The notes under the pieces: generated by a model | Databases searched by the model: none | What the model was told of the DNA's origin: nothing | Seen by the model: only the letters and a program-made list of their open reading frames with translations | DNA from: Basidiobolus meristosporus CBS 931.73 | Taxonomy: Eukaryota > Fungi > Basidiobolomycota | NCBI GenBank assembly: GCA_002104905.1 | Contig: MCFE01000004.1 | Span: 216,067-280,066 of the forward strand | Direction: 5' to 3' | Length of the DNA: 64,000 bases | Translations under genes and position numbers: made by a program | In this document: piece by piece, positions 26,014 through 38,670 of the stretch | Layout of the letters: each line of letters starts with the position of its first letter | Numbering within the stretch: the first letter of the stretch is position 1

Positions 26014-26446
26014 GTGTAAATGTGGTGCTCTATTCTATCGGTCTACAATTGTATAGAGCTTCTTTTCGCGAGCTTTTAAGCTGCCATCCTTTCTACTGAG
26101 CCTTTCACCTCTTCGCAACTTTTTTCAGCTTCGTTTGTTACTTAGAACATCCATGTATTGGGACCTACTGAAGCCGCGTTCACCTCAAATAATAAAATGA
26201 TATCCCATCTTATGTTTCAAGATCCTTTTTGTTTATTTGGATACCTGGCCACAGATGTGGAAAGCAATCCACACTAGTGAAATGAACATCTACCTCAAAC
26301 ACTGGAGCAGAAAGAGAACAGGGATGGAAGCAGAGAATGAGAAGGGGACAAATAGAGAACTATGAATGCGTGAGATGGGTGCTTTAATGTAGCATGATCT
26401 AAAGAATGAAGCAGAAACGTAGAGGGATCATTGGGCTGCAAGGGAA

Positions 26447-27097
26447 TTATTTCTTGGAAGGTCTGGCTGCCTTCTTAGGCTGTTCCTTCATCATGCCAGC
26501 CACCAATTTCTCGGCCAAAAGCTTCACTCTCTCACCGTCGGGAAGATCGCTATCACGGATGTTCACCTTGAGCTTCTGTCCGTGGCCGACTTCGTGGAAG
26601 TCCCATACGGAAGCCTTCATACCGATACCGGCTGGGGCATTCTCTTGAAGGTAAGAGAGCCACTTACGGACGACCTGAGGATGGCTATCCTTGATTTGAA
26701 TCAACCGCTTGTGTGTCTTACGCTCAAACACCTCTTGTCTTTTCTTATGAATGAAAGGAGACTTGGGAACACACCAGCGCTCGGTACGGGTAGGCAAATA
26801 GACAGGCCCGGAGCAAGGCATGTTTAAAGCAGCGGCAGCTCTACGGGCAAAGTCGACATAGAAGTCCATGATGGAGGGTTCAAAGGTACGGAATTGTAAG
26901 TTGCATACAACAACACCGTGGGTGGGGGAGATCTTCAGAGGCTCGTAGTAAATATCGTCCACTTCAATAGGGGCCTCTGCTACCTCAGAGGTGGCATTGA
27001 CTGGGGTGGAGTAATTACGAAGGTAGGTGGTCATTCTTGGGCTGGCCAAAAGAACGCTCTTCTGGCGAAAACCCTGTGCGCAAAGTGAGCGTAACAT
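26447..27097 (-). CDS. RSM10: Mitochondrial ribosomal protein uS10m
   Basis: [39 protein letters not shown]. Confidence 0.92.
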   Translation of the reverse strand: MLRSLCAQGFRQKSVLLASPRMTTYLRNYSTPVNATSEVAEAPIEVDDIYYEPLKISPTHGVVVCNLQFRTFEPSIMDFYVDFARRAAAALNMPCSGPVYLPTRTERWCVPKSPFIHKKRQEVFERKTHKRLIQIKDSHPQVVRKWLSYLQENAPAGIGMKASVWDFHEVGHGQKLKVNIRDSDLPDGERVKLLAEKLVAGMMKEQPKKAARPSKK

Positions 27098-27521
27098 GAT
27101 ACAGATGCTGAATGGATAGGTCTACTAAATTGAATATCTTCTTAGAAAACACCAAACAAATTGGTCGCTTGCGTATAACAACCTACCGAGCGTTTTGTTA
27201 CCCTTCACGAGTGCTTGTCGACCAACTGGTTAAAAGCTTTCTTGGATGAAAATTCGAAATTTTTTCATCGCATTGACCCAAGTCTTACCCCGCCAAATAC
27301 CAAACAGATTAATCCTCCTATTCATCGAGTTCCCCCACTGATCCTCATGGATGTTTGGCGATTCCCCCCAATTTCCAAAGGATTGCCGATATTTACTGAT
27401 TCGGTTCAACAAGAACTTGGATGCAACAGGTAATCGTTTCGTTCAAAGTGGATTTATTGGTGTTTTGACTGTCATGATTAAGCTAGCACTGGTTGAACAC
27501 TAGGAAGCATACTGTACTTTC

Positions 27522-30013
27522 TCAAGGTCGATTATTCAGGGTTCTTTCTAAAACCTTCACAAACTCAGTTAAAGACGCGGTAAAGCCGGCTATCTTCTCC
27601 AGGTCAGCCAGTTCTTCAGGTCTCCACTGAGTGGTTTCCCCTGGCTGTAAAAAGCGGTTGTCAATGAATTTATCGCACCACGGCTCAAATTTCAGCTAGC
27701 TAATAGTTAGTTTATGGTTGATTACGCCCAGGGATGTTCTGGTAAGGACCAACCTTCACTCCGAAACAGGTTCTATTGGGGTTGGGCGGTAGAACAACTT
27801 CGAGATCGGGTGCATCTGCACCATCATACGTCCAGAGCTCTTCTCTCCAAACCACTACGATGAAGTCGTGCCAACTATAAATCCACTCGGTATTTCGGGA
27901 CATGGTGAGCAACTGGATGGCAGTTGTGTTGGTGAAGATAAACTGGTCTTGCTCGCTACAAATGCAGACGATTGTTTAGTTGGTTAGTCGCTGGAAGGTA
28001 GCCGGAAACAGGACCACCTTAGGCGAATTCGATTGACAAATTCCCCCCAGGGACCATCATTCTGCGGTAACAGACACTTCTTCGTGGAAAGATTCAATTG
28101 CCAGCTATAGTCACTAAACGCCACACAGTCCAGTTAATTTCCATGGATTCGAGGCGCTTTCAGAATTTAGGTGCTTACTTCTCGGGAAAAATCCAGTTCA
28201 CGGTCAGGACATTCTTCGCGTCCGCATCGATATCCCAGGAACCAACGCTCTTGACCGAGTTGAAGTTAAGCGAAATGATGAAGTCTTGAGGATTATCGCA
28301 GTCAGCGTTTCTTGCGCGAATCTGGTATACTGTTTTTGGCGACGCGGTGAACTCCAGGCCTTCCCTGGACAGAAATTCCAGTAGCGGGATCACATCCTTT
28401 TTACTGTAGAATAAACTGATGGTGTCGTGAGCAGCTGAAGAGTTAGCATTCCCGGGAACGTGCAGGGCTTACTCTGGAGCAAATAACGACGACAGTCTGT
28501 CGCTGGGCAATACAGAATTGTAAAGCTTGATCACTTTCCACTTCTCCTTGTTCGGATAGGAGTCAAGGCATACTTGGCCAATTCTTGTGAAGTCCATGGT
28601 TATTGAGGCAGTGGTTCCGGCGCAAGGTGGGGGTTCTTACCGAATAGCCATGCTGATTTCACCTTTGAAGACACAAAGCTGCGTCAGGACTTGAGAGAGG
28701 GCATCCTGGAATGTCTCGAGATTGCGGGCGGCAATGCTGGGGAGGAAATTAGAGGTTGCTCATTGCAATCAGGTCAAGGCTAGACGTACTCCTGGTAATC
28801 TTCTTCCTCAGAGTCTTCTTTGTTGCCGGGCATGATGTGGTGCGTTACTGCTCGTAGCACTTTGACCTCCATGTTTGAGCTCCACTGGATTGGCCGAATG
28901 ATTGTGGGATCCTCGAGCTTGATTCGGATCAAACTACGGGGCGCTTGGAGCAAATGGATTGTTCGCGGGACGATCGTTTGCGTCTAATCGCTCGCTTAGA
29001 GTCAACCAGGTGATCGTAAGTGAGGGCTACAGCAATTCTACCTTTTGGAGGAACAGATTCCTAATTCTCGAGGTGGCCAAGTCCACACTCCCTTCACTAT
29101 CCCCTGCAATGCGTAATATCTACAGATGACGAACGGTTTGTTTACAACGCAATAGGTGTGATACTGTTCAATGACGACCTTACGCTGTCATCAAACTCGA
29201 ACCATATGTGGCAGTTGGTGTCTTGTCGAATTTTTTTGAGATACTGCTCGCCTTTTCCAAAGATCTTCTGCACATTGATGGGCTCTACGGGTAGAACAAA
29301 CAAACCGTTGTATTGCTTGTTCACCACCGGGATCTTGCTCAGATAGCTTTCTCTATCTCTTCGTTCCTTCTTGCGATGTTGTTTTTTCTCCTGGCTTGAG
29401 CTGAGGGGCTTATCAGGTTTATTCCAGATACTCTTTTTATTCTTTTTCTTTTGTTGGCGCATATTGTCTCGTAGCTGTGTTCATGAAAAATTGAGTAGTT
29501 TGGTCGAGGACTACGGGAAACCCCGAAACATTACCGCAAGTATGTGCTCGCCGTGGCTATTCCAAGCCCTCTTGGCTTCAATGATACTCGAGGGGGTGCC
29601 CCACATCTCAATTTGCTAGTGTAATCCTCGTTTAGCCCTATTGTTGTTGGGAAAGCAAACTATCCTGGCAGCTGACCTTGAAATCATCGTTGTAAAGCAT
29701 GTAAGCTCCAGTAGCACTTCTAATTTTGTTTATGATAAACTTTTTCTCCCCCAAGAATTCCTGAGGCGACACGTCTACGGGAATCTGCGCTCCACCAAAT
29801 AAAGTTTGTATGAGTATCTCTTGGTTTAAGAAGCGTTGTCTGGGCAAATACCAGCCATATGCCATCTGGCTCATTTCTCTGTTTGGTCTTATTTTCTAAT
29901 TCTTGCTCCCAGAAGGGAGTCTCGGCAGGTTTGGAAGAGCCAGAAGGAGCGAATAGTTCGCTTCTCCAATCTTCTTCCATCCCATTCTCAAAAAGATCCA
30001 CCTCCATGTCCAT
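27522..30013 (-). CDS. Uncharacterised multi-exon protein with KH-like segments
   Basis: Exon-like ORFs joined by GT..AG introns; QKIFGKGEQYLKKIRQDTNCHIWF and EFLGEKKFIINKIRSATGAYMLY resemble type I KH motifs; last exon ends LERTLNNRP-stop. Exon structure approximate. Confidence 0.55.
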
Positions 30014-30702
30014 ATGAATATAGCTATACCACGATAATACACCGCATATACTTTTAGCAGGATGTGGAGGTTCTCAGACCAGCAATATATAGAATAAAAA
30101 CGTGTATAGCCTTTAGGCAGATATCCCTAGTTTCATCCCATCAATTACATCATTCATGGGCAAAATGGATTACGGTGAATGACATGCGAATCCAATGAGA
30201 TTAGTGGAGCTTATTGATCAAAGCCAAGTGGAATAGACTATGACTGCTTTCACAGACTGTGTTTGGTAGAGCTTCATCTTTAGCTCTCAGCTGTCTCTGT
30301 CATTCGCAACAAAGTTTAATCTTATTTAAATAGAACCCCCACCCTCAACCTCACTGATTTTGGATCGAAGTCGGCGGCATATTTCCAATGGACGAAACCT
30401 CTGCTGATTGCCTCGGATTCTGACGGTAGGAGCTCGACCAGGGAAGTGCTACGGCACATTATTCATCATTTCCTGACTTCGCACCTTTTCGTGGAAATGA
30501 TGGTTGACCAAAAAATGTTGCTGAATTTATTACTGTCAAGTCCTTGGCCATTTCTGCCCAGTAGCCGCAGATGGCGTTGTGATGGGCTGAAAGGAGGCTT
30601 AAAGGCAGTACTACCACTGCATATTAGAATTTCAAAGCAATGCAGTCGATGGGAGTAAGCGGGCCATTGTGGGAACGATGTATAGTTAAATGATTATTGA
30701 CA

Positions 30703-33700
30703 TTAACGATGAACACTTTCTTCATCATCAACCCAGATGCAGCGCCATCCTTTCGGTGTGAATTCCTCGCCTGAATCCCAACGACGCCATGCTTCCAGAT
30801 AGCCCTTTTCCAAGTTTCGTACCCATCGGGGAGTGTCAAACAACGGTGAGCGATCTCGCTTAAGAAACAGGTCTTGACGGAGATCCATCAGAATGCCATG
30901 ACCAACGCGGTAGTACGCTGGCTGTAGAATATTACCTTGCAAAATACCCAGCGTTTGATGGGGCTGTTGTAGCTGAGGCACCTGATCGTCCGCAACGTAT
31001 TCGTAGGTGAGGTCTTGGGCGTACTTTACAGCGACATCCTCGTATTCCATTTCTGAAGCAACTACCATTTTGTCACCGTGTCCAGTGGCGATCGCTATGC
31101 TGGCTGCAACCCGAGAGCAAAGTTTATGATTATGTCGAGGATAGGTGAGAATAGGTGTTCCTGACCAAAGGATATCGCAGCCAGTTGTATGTCCATTGCA
31201 CTCGGGTGTGTCCAAGAATAAGTCAGCAACACGTCCACGATGAATATGAACATTCTTGGGCGCAACGTCGGTAAAGATCACACGCGAAGCTACATCTTTG
31301 CCAGCATATTCCTCCGCAGTTCGAAGTAAATGTGCTTCACCTGCAGCGGGGAACCGAAGTAGCCACATGATGGAATTCGGAACACGGGATAAGATTCTTA
31401 ACCAGACTTTGAATATTGATGGATCGATCTTGTAGAGTTGGTTAAAGTTGGCAAAGATCACCGTATCGTCAGATAAATTTGGGAACAGCTCACGTCGCAT
31501 CGTCCAACGTTTTTTCTGCTCCAATTTCCAAATTAACTCCGGGTTGGCTTGTGTCGAAAGACCTGTTGATTTCATGTCCTCTTCATCCCTAAATCCTTGT
31601 CTGTGATCGTTAACGAAATATGAGTGCGGCATATAAATCATTTTCTCCGTATAAACCCACTCCTCGCTAGCCTCCTCGGGGTCCATATCTCCCACGGCAA
31701 TACCTTCAACCTCATGATTGTTGGTAATATGGCCATCCTGTATCTGATAGTTGCTCAGGCCTTCCATATTATTCAGGTTCCTCCAGCGTTCGCAGGCCAC
31801 TAATTCCGGTGGGCAAACAACTGGATCTGCAATCAGGTAATCGCACCAGCCAGCCCCGAGACTACCGGCGAACCCCATATAAGCCATAAGGATTGGTGCC
31901 GGTCTAGCGGCAAAAACTTCATTGCGCGCCCCTTTGGTATACCCGTTCAGATTAACCAGGATATGGATGCCATCCTGAACGATCTGTTCAACTATTGCTT
32001 GCGTGGTCCAGCTGGAAACATTCTGAAATACGTGGGCTTCTCGCTCGATTTTGGCTCGGTAGGGGGACTGATCGTTGGCTGTAGTGGCATAACAGTAAAC
32101 CATGAACTTGTTAGGATCATGAAGACCGAACACTGACTGCATCAAGTGAGACAGCGGGTGATTGTTGAAATCAGAGGATACATATCCTATCTTGATCAAA
32201 GGCGAAGGAGGTGGCGGAGGTGGGTACACAGTTGCGGGTAGCCAGGAAGAGTTCAGTACGTTGTGCGAGATCCGAACGGCATTACGATGAGAAATTAGCC
32301 GAATTTGCCGAGGAGACAGTGGGTACGTAAAGGTATGAAACGGAAGGACAGTTGGGGCAGATGGAGGACTCATGGAAGGGAGAATCGGTCTTTGGTACTC
32401 AAGGGTTGCTTCATTGTCGTTGATCCTGCGACCATATTTATATTGGTCAAGATACCAACGCCTTTGGATATATCTCATGCACCGTTCAACAATTCGGATA
32501 AGCCAACTACCTTCGTTGCGGTGCACAGCCTCGTCTTGACGTCTCTCACGAGACACACGGCTTTCAAAAGTGCTCATGGAAAAAATCCAATCGTTGATTT
32601 TTGACTTCTGAGAGTCATCTAAAGGTTCGATTCCAAGTGCTTTAGAGACCATGGCAATGATAGTTCCATGTGGTGAATTATCTTTAAGCAGTATGCCGCG
32701 GCCCCACTCAAGTCCTTCAGTCAATTGTTTGTCAACAATTCGACTAACTTTGTCCATCATCCATCCTGTAGAGTCGCTGGGGCGTTTCTTTTCGGATCGA
32801 ACAAGAACTCCTTCAGCCCCCTTCTCTAGCTTAACTACGCAATCTGCTGGTCCGCCTCGGCCTCTCCAATCGCAAACACCGCCTAACGCGTTCACTAGTC
32901 CGCAAATAGCTTCGCCAAAGTCAGGATTCACCTCTACTGCTCGCATATACCATTGAATACTATCCTGTACTCTACCGATATCTTTGACGGCATTTCCTAA
33001 ATTGGCAAGAGCAATATCGAACCGAGGGTTACATTCTACGGCTTTCTCGTACATGCGTATAGCATCTTGTAGACGTCCCATGTCCTTGAGTAAAGATCCG
33101 AGGTTCGTATACAGGTGAGGATGTCGAGAATCCAGAGTGAGGCCATAGGTGTAGTATTGATATGCTAATGCAGGCCCGTTCAATGGCATTGAACATTTAG
33201 GCGTAGGCGCTGGAGCTCCGACAGTACTTAGCAATATCCCCAGGTTATTGCATGTTGAAGGAGACGGATAAAGTGAAAGGGAGAGATAATAAATAGGAAG
33301 CAATAGCTGTAATGGGGCAGGGCTGCCATTATCCTGGTACAACTTCGCCAACGTAAGTAGGATATTGGAACAGGTTTGGTTGGTTTGCTGCACACTAGAA
33401 CTGGAAGGCGAATAGCCTGCTGCTTTTTTTTCGTATCCACTGGCAAGTCCAGGGAGCATACCATCCGATTTAACGAATATAGATTTGCAAATTTGGACTG
33501 CCTGCTCAGGAATCAACAATAGCATTGGTAGTGATCCAGGGTTACTTTGCTCCTCAGTAGACATCCCAGCAAGTCGGGCAATAGATGACACTACCTCAGC
33601 TAGAGTATGTCCGTCAAATACAATCTCTAACGCACGCTCATACTCTTTTTTGGCACCAGGAGAGTCGCCCATCGCGTAGAGTAAGTTGCCTTTGGTGTAG

Positions 33701-35796
33701 AGAAGGTTTTGAATGCGAGGGGTGTGAACAGCCGCGATTCCTAAGTGTTTTGGTGATAAAGGAACACCTCGCTTGGCGTTCGAAAATACGTGAGACTCAA
33801 CAAAAGTACAAACTTCCATTGCCTCAGTATAACGTGTTTGCTTGCTAGTTGCGGTTCGAGTATCTTTGCAATTCTGGCTACAAAGGACACCTAGAAGATT
33901 CTCCACGGCATCCCAGTAGCCTGGACGAAGTCGAATTGCACGCCACCACCAGCTCTCCGCCTCAGAACAACGGCCAGTGCTTCGGAGTGTGGTTCCAATA
34001 TTACTCATCGCTTCAACGTAGTTCGGATCTATCTCTAAGATCTTGCTATTATAATAAAGCGACTTTGTAACATTATCACGAGAGAAATAAACACAAGCCA
34101 ATAACAACAGTATTGGGAGATGCTTCGGATGAAGCTCGTGAAGACAATGAAGCATCGGGAGTAAGTTTTTGTCTTTCGGTGTTGTTGTGTAAAGACTATG
34201 GGCGTGTGTAAGAATTTGGTCCCGCACTGGTCCTGATTGTGCATCAGTAACGGACACCATCGTGCCAGGCACAACTTGCGGACATAGGTTGGTGGCTGGA
34301 TCATAATAGGGAAGTCGTATGTCGAATCCTCCAGGGAAATGAGAGCTGGTGCCGCATATAGGATTCGATGCAGCTTCGCACTGCCTCCTGTCAGTAGAAT
34401 TCGGCATAAAGTAGTTTCCGTTCATCACTCCAAGGTCACTGGTACGTTGATTCTTTCTACGCGACTGGCCATACCTGATGTTTGACTCTTGGTCCAAGCC
34501 ATTTGAAGGTAGTCCTCCAGCACCATTTTCAGCAAAGCTACCTCCATTTATGAGTTGGTTCAGAAGGTTAGGATAGCTCGAGCCTCGTGGTAACAAGCCT
34601 TCTTGCTGAGAGAATGTTCGGTAACGTTGAATGTTGGCCTGAGGGGTATATCCAAACCCGGAATCTCCAGAGACAAAATTGGAACTATACAAATGGCCTC
34701 CATGTTGTTTGTCAAAAGGATAGATATTAGGATCCGGCTGATGGGTGGGCAAATGGTTACCGTTAACATTAAGTGTGGTGGGATCTTGTTGATAATAGAG
34801 GAGAATGGTTGGCGAGGGGGGAGGAAGCATCATATGCTGGAATGATGGTTGATAACCACCTCTAGGAACACCCGCATTGACAGAGTAGGAATCGTTCGAA
34901 AGATCACTAGGAGGCGTCGTGAACAGCATATTGGTGTTGATCCAAGGATCTATGGTGTGCCCCGCAGTTGCCATAAAATGGCCATAATTCCCGGGGTCAT
35001 GTTGCGAAGGTAACATCTGTAGCGGAAATCTGCTGCTATATGGTAATCCATCAAAAGACAAATTGTTTCCTGATAGTTGATGAATACCGCCTGCCGGTTG
35101 ATTTTGCTGATTGAAGTTCCCTCGAAATATTGGATGAACTGGACGAGATCGGTCACGAGAAATGCCGGATACTTGAATTCTGCTCGATGACTGTCCTCCT
35201 TGACAGGCCTCCTGACCTGAGCCATAAAATAGTTTTTTCGATGGTGGCGGTGGGGAAATACATTCGAAGTCTACTAAAGTGCTTGTTGGTCTAGATGAAT
35301 ATGGATCTTTACGATCTTTCCAAGTCTGCTGTGGTATGACACCGGCGGTTGTATGATTCGAAAGGTATGTTCCAGCAGACTGGGAATTGATGGTCGAAGT
35401 CGTAGAGTTCCCCATGGGAGAGAATGATGCAAATGAAGATCTGCTCGCGTAGGAACAGGGTATTCTATCTCCCGTTATGGTCGTGTGTACAATGTTGTTT
35501 GAAAGAGGGGTGGGCTGGTTTTGATACGAATTAGCACGAGTTTGTGCCGGGCGTAAGGACTGAACGTTTGCTTCTCCGAATTTTGGAACATCGGTGGTAC
35601 TCGCCGAGCCGCTGAATGAGAAGCTCAACTCGTTGCTGTCGTTGAGATTACGGGGTCTAACGCGGCAATATTCATTCAAGTAGTGTGTTTCTTTATCACT
35701 GCTGCGTTGCGTTGGGGAGATTTTCCGAGTTGGGATGTGGTGTTGACTTTTATCCTTAGATAGGAAGTGGGCGAAATTATTTTGTTGAATCAACAT
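30703..35796 (-). CDS. OGT: O-GlcNAc transferase (GT41) with TPRs and a long disordered N-terminus
   Basis: TPR repeats; IGYVSSDFNNHPLSHLMQ; LVNLNGYTKGARNE; FANFNQLYKIDP; LFLDTPECNGHTTGCDILWSGTP. Confidence 0.95.
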   Translation of the reverse strand: MLIQQNNFAHFLSKDKSQHHIPTRKISPTQRSSDKETHYLNEYCRVRPRNLNDSNELSFSFSGSASTTDVPKFGEANVQSLRPAQTRANSYQNQPTPLSNNIVHTTITGDRIPCSYASRSSFASFSPMGNSTTSTINSQSAGTYLSNHTTAGVIPQQTWKDRKDPYSSRPTSTLVDFECISPPPPSKKLFYGSGQEACQGGQSSSRIQVSGISRDRSRPVHPIFRGNFNQQNQPAGGIHQLSGNNLSFDGLPYSSRFPLQMLPSQHDPGNYGHFMATAGHTIDPWINTNMLFTTPPSDLSNDSYSVNAGVPRGGYQPSFQHMMLPPPSPTILLYYQQDPTTLNVNGNHLPTHQPDPNIYPFDKQHGGHLYSSNFVSGDSGFGYTPQANIQRYRTFSQQEGLLPRGSSYPNLLNQLINGGSFAENGAGGLPSNGLDQESNIRYGQSRRKNQRTSDLGVMNGNYFMPNSTDRRQCEAASNPICGTSSHFPGGFDIRLPYYDPATNLCPQVVPGTMVSVTDAQSGPVRDQILTHAHSLYTTTPKDKNLLPMLHCLHELHPKHLPILLLLACVYFSRDNVTKSLYYNSKILEIDPNYVEAMSNIGTTLRSTGRCSEAESWWWRAIRLRPGYWDAVENLLGVLCSQNCKDTRTATSKQTRYTEAMEVCTFVESHVFSNAKRGVPLSPKHLGIAAVHTPRIQNLLYTKGNLLYAMGDSPGAKKEYERALEIVFDGHTLAEVVSSIARLAGMSTEEQSNPGSLPMLLLIPEQAVQICKSIFVKSDGMLPGLASGYEKKAAGYSPSSSSVQQTNQTCSNILLTLAKLYQDNGSPAPLQLLLPIYYLSLSLYPSPSTCNNLGILLSTVGAPAPTPKCSMPLNGPALAYQYYTYGLTLDSRHPHLYTNLGSLLKDMGRLQDAIRMYEKAVECNPRFDIALANLGNAVKDIGRVQDSIQWYMRAVEVNPDFGEAICGLVNALGGVCDWRGRGGPADCVVKLEKGAEGVLVRSEKKRPSDSTGWMMDKVSRIVDKQLTEGLEWGRGILLKDNSPHGTIIAMVSKALGIEPLDDSQKSKINDWIFSMSTFESRVSRERRQDEAVHRNEGSWLIRIVERCMRYIQRRWYLDQYKYGRRINDNEATLEYQRPILPSMSPPSAPTVLPFHTFTYPLSPRQIRLISHRNAVRISHNVLNSSWLPATVYPPPPPPSPLIKIGYVSSDFNNHPLSHLMQSVFGLHDPNKFMVYCYATTANDQSPYRAKIEREAHVFQNVSSWTTQAIVEQIVQDGIHILVNLNGYTKGARNEVFAARPAPILMAYMGFAGSLGAGWCDYLIADPVVCPPELVACERWRNLNNMEGLSNYQIQDGHITNNHEVEGIAVGDMDPEEASEEWVYTEKMIYMPHSYFVNDHRQGFRDEEDMKSTGLSTQANPELIWKLEQKKRWTMRRELFPNLSDDTVIFANFNQLYKIDPSIFKVWLRILSRVPNSIMWLLRFPAAGEAHLLRTAEEYAGKDVASRVIFTDVAPKNVHIHRGRVADLFLDTPECNGHTTGCDILWSGTPILTYPRHNHKLCSRVAASIAIATGHGDKMVVASEMEYEDVAVKYAQDLTYEYVADDQVPQLQQPHQTLGILQGNILQPAYYRVGHGILMDLRQDLFLKRDRSPLFDTPRWVRNLEKGYLEAWRRWDSGEEFTPKGWRCIWVDDEESVHR

Positions 35797-37461
35797 AGTA
35801 CACCAGGTGTCAGTATGATAAAAGCAACACTAAAATACTGGTCTGGGGTGCGCTCAAGTCTTCGAGAAAGCGGTCGTCAGTTTGAAGGATAAAAGTGAAA
35901 ACAGATTATCCAGTAACCCAATTTTAAAGCAAGCGATAATGTAGGAGTAACGAGTTGAATATTTACAACTATATAAACAGAGGAAGAAAGCCTCAAAAGC
36001 AAAGAAGTCAGGAGACAAAAAGATCGGAGGTGGCCAACTGTACAAAGAAACAAGTTCAGGAAAAGAGGCAGGCTAAACGTCTATAGATAATAAAATTTAA
36101 GCAAGCACCCTAACAACACAATGTGTTAACGAAAGGTCAAAGGTAGAAAAACAAGTACTTCTTACCTGACAGCTTGTAAAAATATGACTACTTTACGTCC
36201 ACCAAGCCGATTTTAGCAACAAGAACTGGTATTTTCCCTAATGATATGGTTTTCTGTGCTCCAGATTTCGTGAATCAAACGGCAGGCTTGGGTTAATATA
36301 TATCCTACATTCCAATCTTTCTAGATCTCCATTATTTTATACAGTACTGAATAAAACCTATAGATTTGAAGCGCAATCAATAGAATAGATATATACTATA
36401 AGAGTACAATAATCAACAAGATATAAAATGATAACGAGAGTGATATATATATATATATTAATTACGATTACTCTGAACCCGCCATTTCAATAGATGGTAA
36501 TTGAAAGCGAGGATATATATGTAGCAAAGCATTCAATAAGGAAAACTTATTGCAACCGATGGGACAGTTTCCCTGACCGTATTTACGTTGAGCCACCTCG
36601 ACAATTTAAATGATTATTTCCCATAATAACGCTTGGCACCCAGAGCATACATTCTTCAATATCATCAGATTTGTTGCGGGGATTGTTGATGGGTAATCAT
36701 CACACAGGCCACCTAATTTAGACACGAACATGAAAGGAGAACAAAACCATGATGTGAGCAAGGATGAGCGCAGAGCCGATGACGGCACCCAATAACTACT
36801 CACTGAACGATAGCCATCCAAATTCACCTAACCAGCAGGATAAGTGAGTGGCAATATGTTTAGCCTTATCAATCATCAATTTATAAGGCGCTGGGACTTG
36901 ATATTGCGAAACAGGAAAGAAACATTGCCTAATTGCTAGCGTTTGAGTTTAATAACTTGGCCTTGGAAGCAACAAAGGGCAATGGAGCTTCTCATGGAAT
37001 CGCCATTGCATATCGGGCTTGCACAATAGTCGCTCCAATCCAATTTTGTGGCAACATACATCACGAATCCCACTTATTTCTGGTTCACCTGAAATAGATA
37101 TTCCATTGTCCGACCTCAAGACAACTGATAAAGAGGTGGTGTTTTGGATGTAAAGAATACGAACTTACTTACTCTGCTCCCCATTCACCTCCCTACCGCC
37201 TCCTGTTCGTCAGGATGAAACCTCGATGCTTACCTGGCTCAAGTGGTACACATCACTTTTTAACCGCAAATCCCGAAATCCATTTATTCAGCATTAGGAG
37301 GACCCACGATTAAGGAATTTATTCGGCATTGAGTGCGCAGTGATTTATTGATGAGTTTACTCAAAATTTTGATGTTGGTGAATCCTGCATGAGTCTATTT
37401 TCCACACAGCCAATCAGCCACGCAAAATATGGACATTGGCGGATACTTCCATTGGGTTTCT

Positions 37462-38670
37462 TTACAATGAATCCCAATTCCGTAAGAAGGCGTTTCTATT
37501 CCAAGACCCTCGATGCATGCAAATGTGACCGATATTACGTATGATGGATAAACAAAACCCAGCATTTGCTATGTAGTTGGAGATATACATCATTTGGTGC
37601 CGCTTTGAACAGACATGGTGGCCACTGATCATTTCAGAAATGTATGTCCGGTTGGTCTGATAAAGTCCGCTATGTGCACAAACGATTACACCGGAGTCAC
37701 TGGTCTGGGGCTGCTCTACGATCAAAAAACGCAGTATATAGTGGAATCAGTTCAGGTGTTGAAACACAGTTGGGGCAAGGCACTTATAAATGGATCCTAA
37801 ATCAAGCCATTGATCAGTATCATCACTGATGATCTACCGCTTGCCCAACACTGGACATGTGTAGTGTGTGAGAGTCATGCCATTTCGTTCTCTGTCAACC
37901 TATCGAAAGGGTTGAAGGGGTCAAAAGGAAAGCCTGTCCTAAATCCCTAATCAACTATGCTCAGTAGTGTACTTTTTTCCATTGAAAGCCCGTGGAATGG
38001 TCGAGGCGTAAATTGCATCATCGGCTAGCCAGAAAAGGCCTTGAAGCTCTAGTTTAGTAATCCCTTTGTAGCATTCGTTGATTTCTATACTTTTAGCTCT
38101 TTGGACGTCTGAAGTTAACATGATATGTAGAAGGCCATCCAGTGGGTATTGGTGCGTAATCTTTACATCATACAGGGGGTTGTGGGAGTTTCTTTGATTG
38201 AGATGTGTAGTTCAGGAATACCTGAAATGACCGAGCCAAGTATTTGTAAGTTCAAGCTTCCTATATCTTGGTGAGGCTTTTGTGAAAAGAAATCTTGTTA
38301 GTTCTTCATTTTGTTATACTGTATAGCACCCAGTGAGAATGTTTGTGGAAATTTGAAATGCATTGCTTAAGTAACCTAGAGGCATTGGATGGTCCTATTT
38401 CCAACAAATCCATTTCAACATGTAGCTTTTGGAAATTGGTCATATATTACTCGTAAGGTAATGTCTACATTTACCAATCAAACCTGCTGGGTATTGGCAA
38501 CGTCCGTTCATCCTGCCAAATATTATTGAAATGAGCCCTTCGTACATATTGGGACTAGCTTGCTCAATGGTAATAATATTGTGGTACTGTCCCAGTGCAT
38601 ACTTGTAGAACCTGGTTTGTGCAAGTACTGCATTCATCGGTGGCACCACAGACAATTGCATATGTTCCAT
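37462..38670 (-). pseudogene. Probable decayed ORF (LRR-like fragments)
   Basis: Long frames broken by isolated stops or shifts, e.g. QNEELTRFLFTKASPRYRKLELTN...S*...YKGITKLELQGLFWL; family not identified. Confidence 0.3.

Noticed and set aside
27215-27433. 72-aa plus-strand ORF
   Set aside because: Non-ATG start, no recognisable motif, lies between RSM10 promoter and the neighbour's 3' end
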